DNA of 26,441 nt from positions 1 to 26,441 of the forward strand of contig CAZJBO010000001.1 in NCBI GenBank assembly GCA_964544075.1. The letters are read 5' to 3'. Every line of letters begins with the position of its first letter. Position 1 is the stretch's first letter. Positions 23,628-26,441 of the stretch are shown here, piece by piece. The notes under the pieces are model-generated. The model did not search any database. It was not told where the DNA came from and saw only the letters and a program-made list of their open reading frames with translations. The translations under genes were made by a program, and so were the position numbers. This DNA is from an uncultured Anaerolineae bacterium (lineage in GTDB: Bacteria > Chloroflexota > Anaerolineae > Aggregatilineales > JAFGMM01).

Positions 23628-25483
23628 GGAAAGACCGTCAGCTTTGGCCGAGCGTGTTTGTCCTGCTCATCGCGGCTGCCGCGATCTTCTCGCACCTCGA
23701 CGATCTTTCGATGTGGTATGACGAACTGTTCGCCGTGTTCCACAGCAAAGGTACGCTCGCACAGGTCCTCCGCGAGCGTGACCTCGCATGGCCGCCGGGC
23801 TATCCATTGGCATTGCACATCTGGATAAAGATCATGGGGCCGAACGATCTGGTCGTCAAACTGCCGGGCGCGCTGGCCGCCATGTTGGGGACCGCCTTTG
23901 CATACCGGGCAGGACGGCGCTTGCATGGCCGCACGGCTGGGCGGCTGGCGGCGCTGGCGTTCGGCACTTCTGGGTATACCGTATACTTCGCCACCGAAGC
24001 GCGCGCCTATGGCATCTCGGCCTCGTTTGCAATGCTGCTCGTGTGGCTGCATCTACGCTGGAGTGCGCGCCCAACATGGCGGCGCGCGTTCCTCTATACG
24101 CTGGCCGCCATCGCATGGCTTTACCTACACTTCGGCGCGGGACCGTTGCTCATTTTATTCGGCGTTGATGTGGGGCTGCGTGCACTGCCGGAGCTGCGGC
24201 AGCGCCGGGTGCCGCGTCAGCTCTGGTGGTGGCCTCTCATCATGGCGGCGACCGGGGTTGCCTTTTTGCCGCTGCTCCCCCAGTTCCTCGACTTCACCCG
24301 ACTGCGCAGCGCCGCCGCCGCCAAGACTAACCTCGACACCTTGCCCCGCTTCTTCCACGAGGGTTTGGCCCCGGTCTATCGCGCCTATAGCAGCCGACAA
24401 GATGTATTGTGTGCGCTCATCCTCGTCGCCGCGCTACTGGGGCTGGGCCGGGCGGCATGGCGCGGCGGTCGGCAGATGCGCGCAAGCATCGTTTGGCTGC
24501 TGCTTTGGGGCGTGGGCTTCCCGTTGTTGGTATACCTCACCCGCTTCGAGACCATCGCCTTCTCGACACGCTATCTCAACACCACCGGTCCGGCGGTCTT
24601 CCTGCTAATGGGGATAGGTATAGCGCAGCTCCCCAGACCGGGGCGCAGCTTGGGCGCAGCGCTGCTGTTGGCGCTGGCGCTGGCGCCGCTGCAACCCTTC
24701 GAATATCGCATCAGCTACGAATACAGCCCGCCCGTGCGCGATATGGTGCGCGCACTGGCCGAGAAGTTCAAGCCGGGCGATGTGTTGGTCGTAGACCCCG
24801 GTTGTGAGTGTGGGCCGCCGTCGATGGCATGGAACTATTATGAGGCGCTCTACTTCCCCGGCGGACACATCCCGTTGGCCGCCGACGGCAGCGAGGCCGG
24901 CAGGAGCATTTGGTATCTGGTGCGCAAGGGCCGGGAGGACGCCGACATCCAAGCATCGGTGGCGCGGGGGCGTGTCGAGACTGCGAACTTCTGGGGGCCG
25001 TGGTATTTCATCGCCACGCGCTATGCCGCGCCTCCGCGCACGCCGGGGTATACGCTGGGTGAAGACGGCCTACACTTCCGAGGAGCCACCGTCACCCCCG
25101 GAAGCGGTCCCTATGTGGCCGGTGATGTGATTAGCGTCGAGAGTTGGTGGTCAACCGATGCGCCGCTCCCGCTGGATTACTCGATTGGGTTGTATCTGAT
25201 GAACCCCAACACCGGCGCGATGTTGGCCCAGAACAGCAGTGGCCCCGCCGGACCGGAAGCGCCGCCGCAAACATCGGGCTGGGAGCCGGGCGCGCTCTAC
25301 CGCGATGTGCGCAGCATACAAATCCCCTGGCACATAAAAATGGGTGATTATCAAATCTGGCTGGCGGTGTATCATTGGGCCGATGGCGAACGCCTCGCGC
25401 CCCCTCCCGAAGCGGAACAAAGCCAAAACAGCCTTATCCTGCAAGCCTTCAGGGTCGAATCGTGGGGGAACTATGACGATTGA
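23624..25483 (+). CDS. GT-C glycosyltransferase (GT39/PMT_2-like), tandem paralogue 3
   Basis: MWYDELFAV, WPPGYP, EARAY. The ATGA overlap with the paralogue 2 stop fixes the start at 23624. Confidence 0.82.
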   Translation: MRKDRQLWPSVFVLLIAAAAIFSHLDDLSMWYDELFAVFHSKGTLAQVLRERDLAWPPGYPLALHIWIKIMGPNDLVVKLPGALAAMLGTAFAYRAGRRLHGRTAGRLAALAFGTSGYTVYFATEARAYGISASFAMLLVWLHLRWSARPTWRRAFLYTLAAIAWLYLHFGAGPLLILFGVDVGLRALPELRQRRVPRQLWWWPLIMAATGVAFLPLLPQFLDFTRLRSAAAAKTNLDTLPRFFHEGLAPVYRAYSSRQDVLCALILVAALLGLGRAAWRGGRQMRASIVWLLLWGVGFPLLVYLTRFETIAFSTRYLNTTGPAVFLLMGIGIAQLPRPGRSLGAALLLALALAPLQPFEYRISYEYSPPVRDMVRALAEKFKPGDVLVVDPGCECGPPSMAWNYYEALYFPGGHIPLAADGSEAGRSIWYLVRKGREDADIQASVARGRVETANFWGPWYFIATRYAAPPRTPGYTLGEDGLHFRGATVTPGSGPYVAGDVISVESWWSTDAPLPLDYSIGLYLMNPNTGAMLAQNSSGPAGPEAPPQTSGWEPGALYRDVRSIQIPWHIKMGDYQIWLAVYHWADGERLAPPPEAEQSQNSLILQAFRVESWGNYDD

Positions 25484-26441
25484 AGGCGCGCCAGCGGCGT
25501 ACCCGTCCCCACAGCCACACCAGCGCTTGCGCCGATAGGATGAACAAGATGGGGTCGAGCGGCATTCGATAGCGCGTGGAGGGGTGTGTGAGCACATAGG
25601 TGAAGGTGACCGCCGCGAAGATCGCCAATATCGGGGTTATTTCGGTGCGCGCCGATACCGCCCGCACCAGACCAAGTATGGCAAGTAGCAGCAGCGCGCC
25701 GAAGTACAATAGATGCACCACGCGCGCGGCCTGGAATGCCGGTTGCTGATACTGCATCACCATGCCCACCTCGCTCACCACGTGCGGCGGGACCGCGTGC
25801 GGCGTCAGCGCCGGACTCCATAGCACCAGCCCTTTGACCAAAAACAACTTCAGCGTCCGTCCCAAATCTGCCGCGAGGTAATCGAGCGCGCCGCGTGTAT
25901 GCCAAGCGCTGCGTGCCGGCTCGTCGAGGTTGGACGGCGGCGGGTCAAAGCAGCTGCCGGTCCACTGCGGGTCCCAGCCGGCCAGTAAGTAGGACAGGGT
26001 GCAGGGGTTGTTGCCCTGCTGAAGGTTGCTGCCGCTGTTGGTGCTGATGAAGACAAACTTCCCGTGTAAAGCTGTATTGCGCAGCACCCAGGGCGCGGTC
26101 ATCACCGCCGCCAACACAGCCATCGCGCACGCAAGGCGCAGCCCACGCCGCCAGCTCAGCCGCCCTGCCCACCACAAGCCCCACAGAGGGACGAGCAGCA
26201 GAGCGAGCGGCTTTGTGAGCGCCGCCGCACCCAACACTGCGCCGGTTGCTGCCGCCCAGCGTAGCGCGTCTGCATCCAGGGCGCGGTATGCGCAGTAGAG
26301 CGCCAACACGAGCAGGCAGGTGAACAAACCCGTGTCGTTGACCGAGAGGTCTTGAAAGAGCATGTAGGGGTAGAGTGCGGTCAGGCCTGCCGCCACCAGG
26401 CCTACCGAGGGTGCAAAGACGCGCCGCCCGATGCAATATAC
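25449..26441 (-). CDS. GT-C (ArnT/PMT_2-like) glycosyltransferase, 5' end outside the window
   Basis: Frame is open to the window edge (VYCIGRRVFAPSVGL...). LYPYMLF, GAAALTKP, PWVLRN, STNSGSNL..GNNP and RYRMP motifs are present. Confidence 0.78.
   Translation of the reverse strand, partial: VYCIGRRVFAPSVGLVAAGLTALYPYMLFQDLSVNDTGLFTCLLVLALYCAYRALDADALRWAAATGAVLGAAALTKPLALLLVPLWGLWWAGRLSWRRGLRLACAMAVLAAVMTAPWVLRNTALHGKFVFISTNSGSNLQQGNNPCTLSYLLAGWDPQWTGSCFDPPPSNLDEPARSAWHTRGALDYLAADLGRTLKLFLVKGLVLWSPALTPHAVPPHVVSEVGMVMQYQQPAFQAARVVHLLYFGALLLLAILGLVRAVSARTEITPILAIFAAVTFTYVLTHPSTRYRMPLDPILFILSAQALVWLWGRVRRWRAFNRHSSPTIRP

Noticed and set aside
19982-25483. Repeated DNA blocks among the GT-C paralogues as a possible diversity-generating retroelement TR/VR pair
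   Set aside because: The differences are not adenine-specific and are spread over synonymous sites along whole genes. There is no reverse transcriptase in the window. This is ordinary tandem duplication.
25473-25538. ATG inside the end of paralogue 3 mimicking the coupled junctions, as a possible remnant of a fourth paralogue
   Set aside because: The frame closes after 21 codons, shows no similarity to paralogue N-termini and lies antisense within another gene.
1-26441. CRISPR arrays, tRNA/rRNA genes, integrases, transposases, toxin-antitoxin or phage genes
   Set aside because: No regularly spaced repeats, T-loop/cloverleaf signatures or relevant protein motifs were seen, and intergenic gaps are all about 200 bp or less.

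Overview
GC-rich bacterial chromosomal window, most consistent with Chloroflexota (Anaerolineae-like); this is inferred from the protein families, not from a marker gene. About 21 densely packed CDS fall into four blocks. (1) 3-6687 (+): a 5'-truncated membrane sensor with a C-terminal HTH and no kinase, then a DUF4388/PATAN-wHTH protein, a CvnD/MglA-type small GTPase, an alpha/beta hydrolase, a degenerate GlmU-like LbH protein and an acyl-ACP-reductase-like dehydrogenase. (2) 6785-9400: a GT-C glycosyltransferase, and a single-RRM RNA-binding protein whose leader looks like a uORF/terminator attenuator. (3) 9403-15123 (-): pcm, an ABC-2 exporter (ATPase plus two permeases) and a membrane-anchored HExxH protein. 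(4) 15258-26441: a surface-glycosylation locus with a methyltransferase, CgeB-type GT, Wzx flippase, GT4, three tandem GT-C paralogues and another GT-C cut by the window end. An 87-bp IS66-type MITE with an exact 8-bp target-site duplication sits in the divergent promoter region of block 4. No rRNA, tRNA, CRISPR array, transposase or reverse transcriptase was seen. The best candidates for new biology are the conservon-like G-protein module with its pseudo-GlmU/AAR-like neighbours, the RRM attenuator and the GT-C array. All family calls come from motif recognition by eye and need HMM or structure confirmation.
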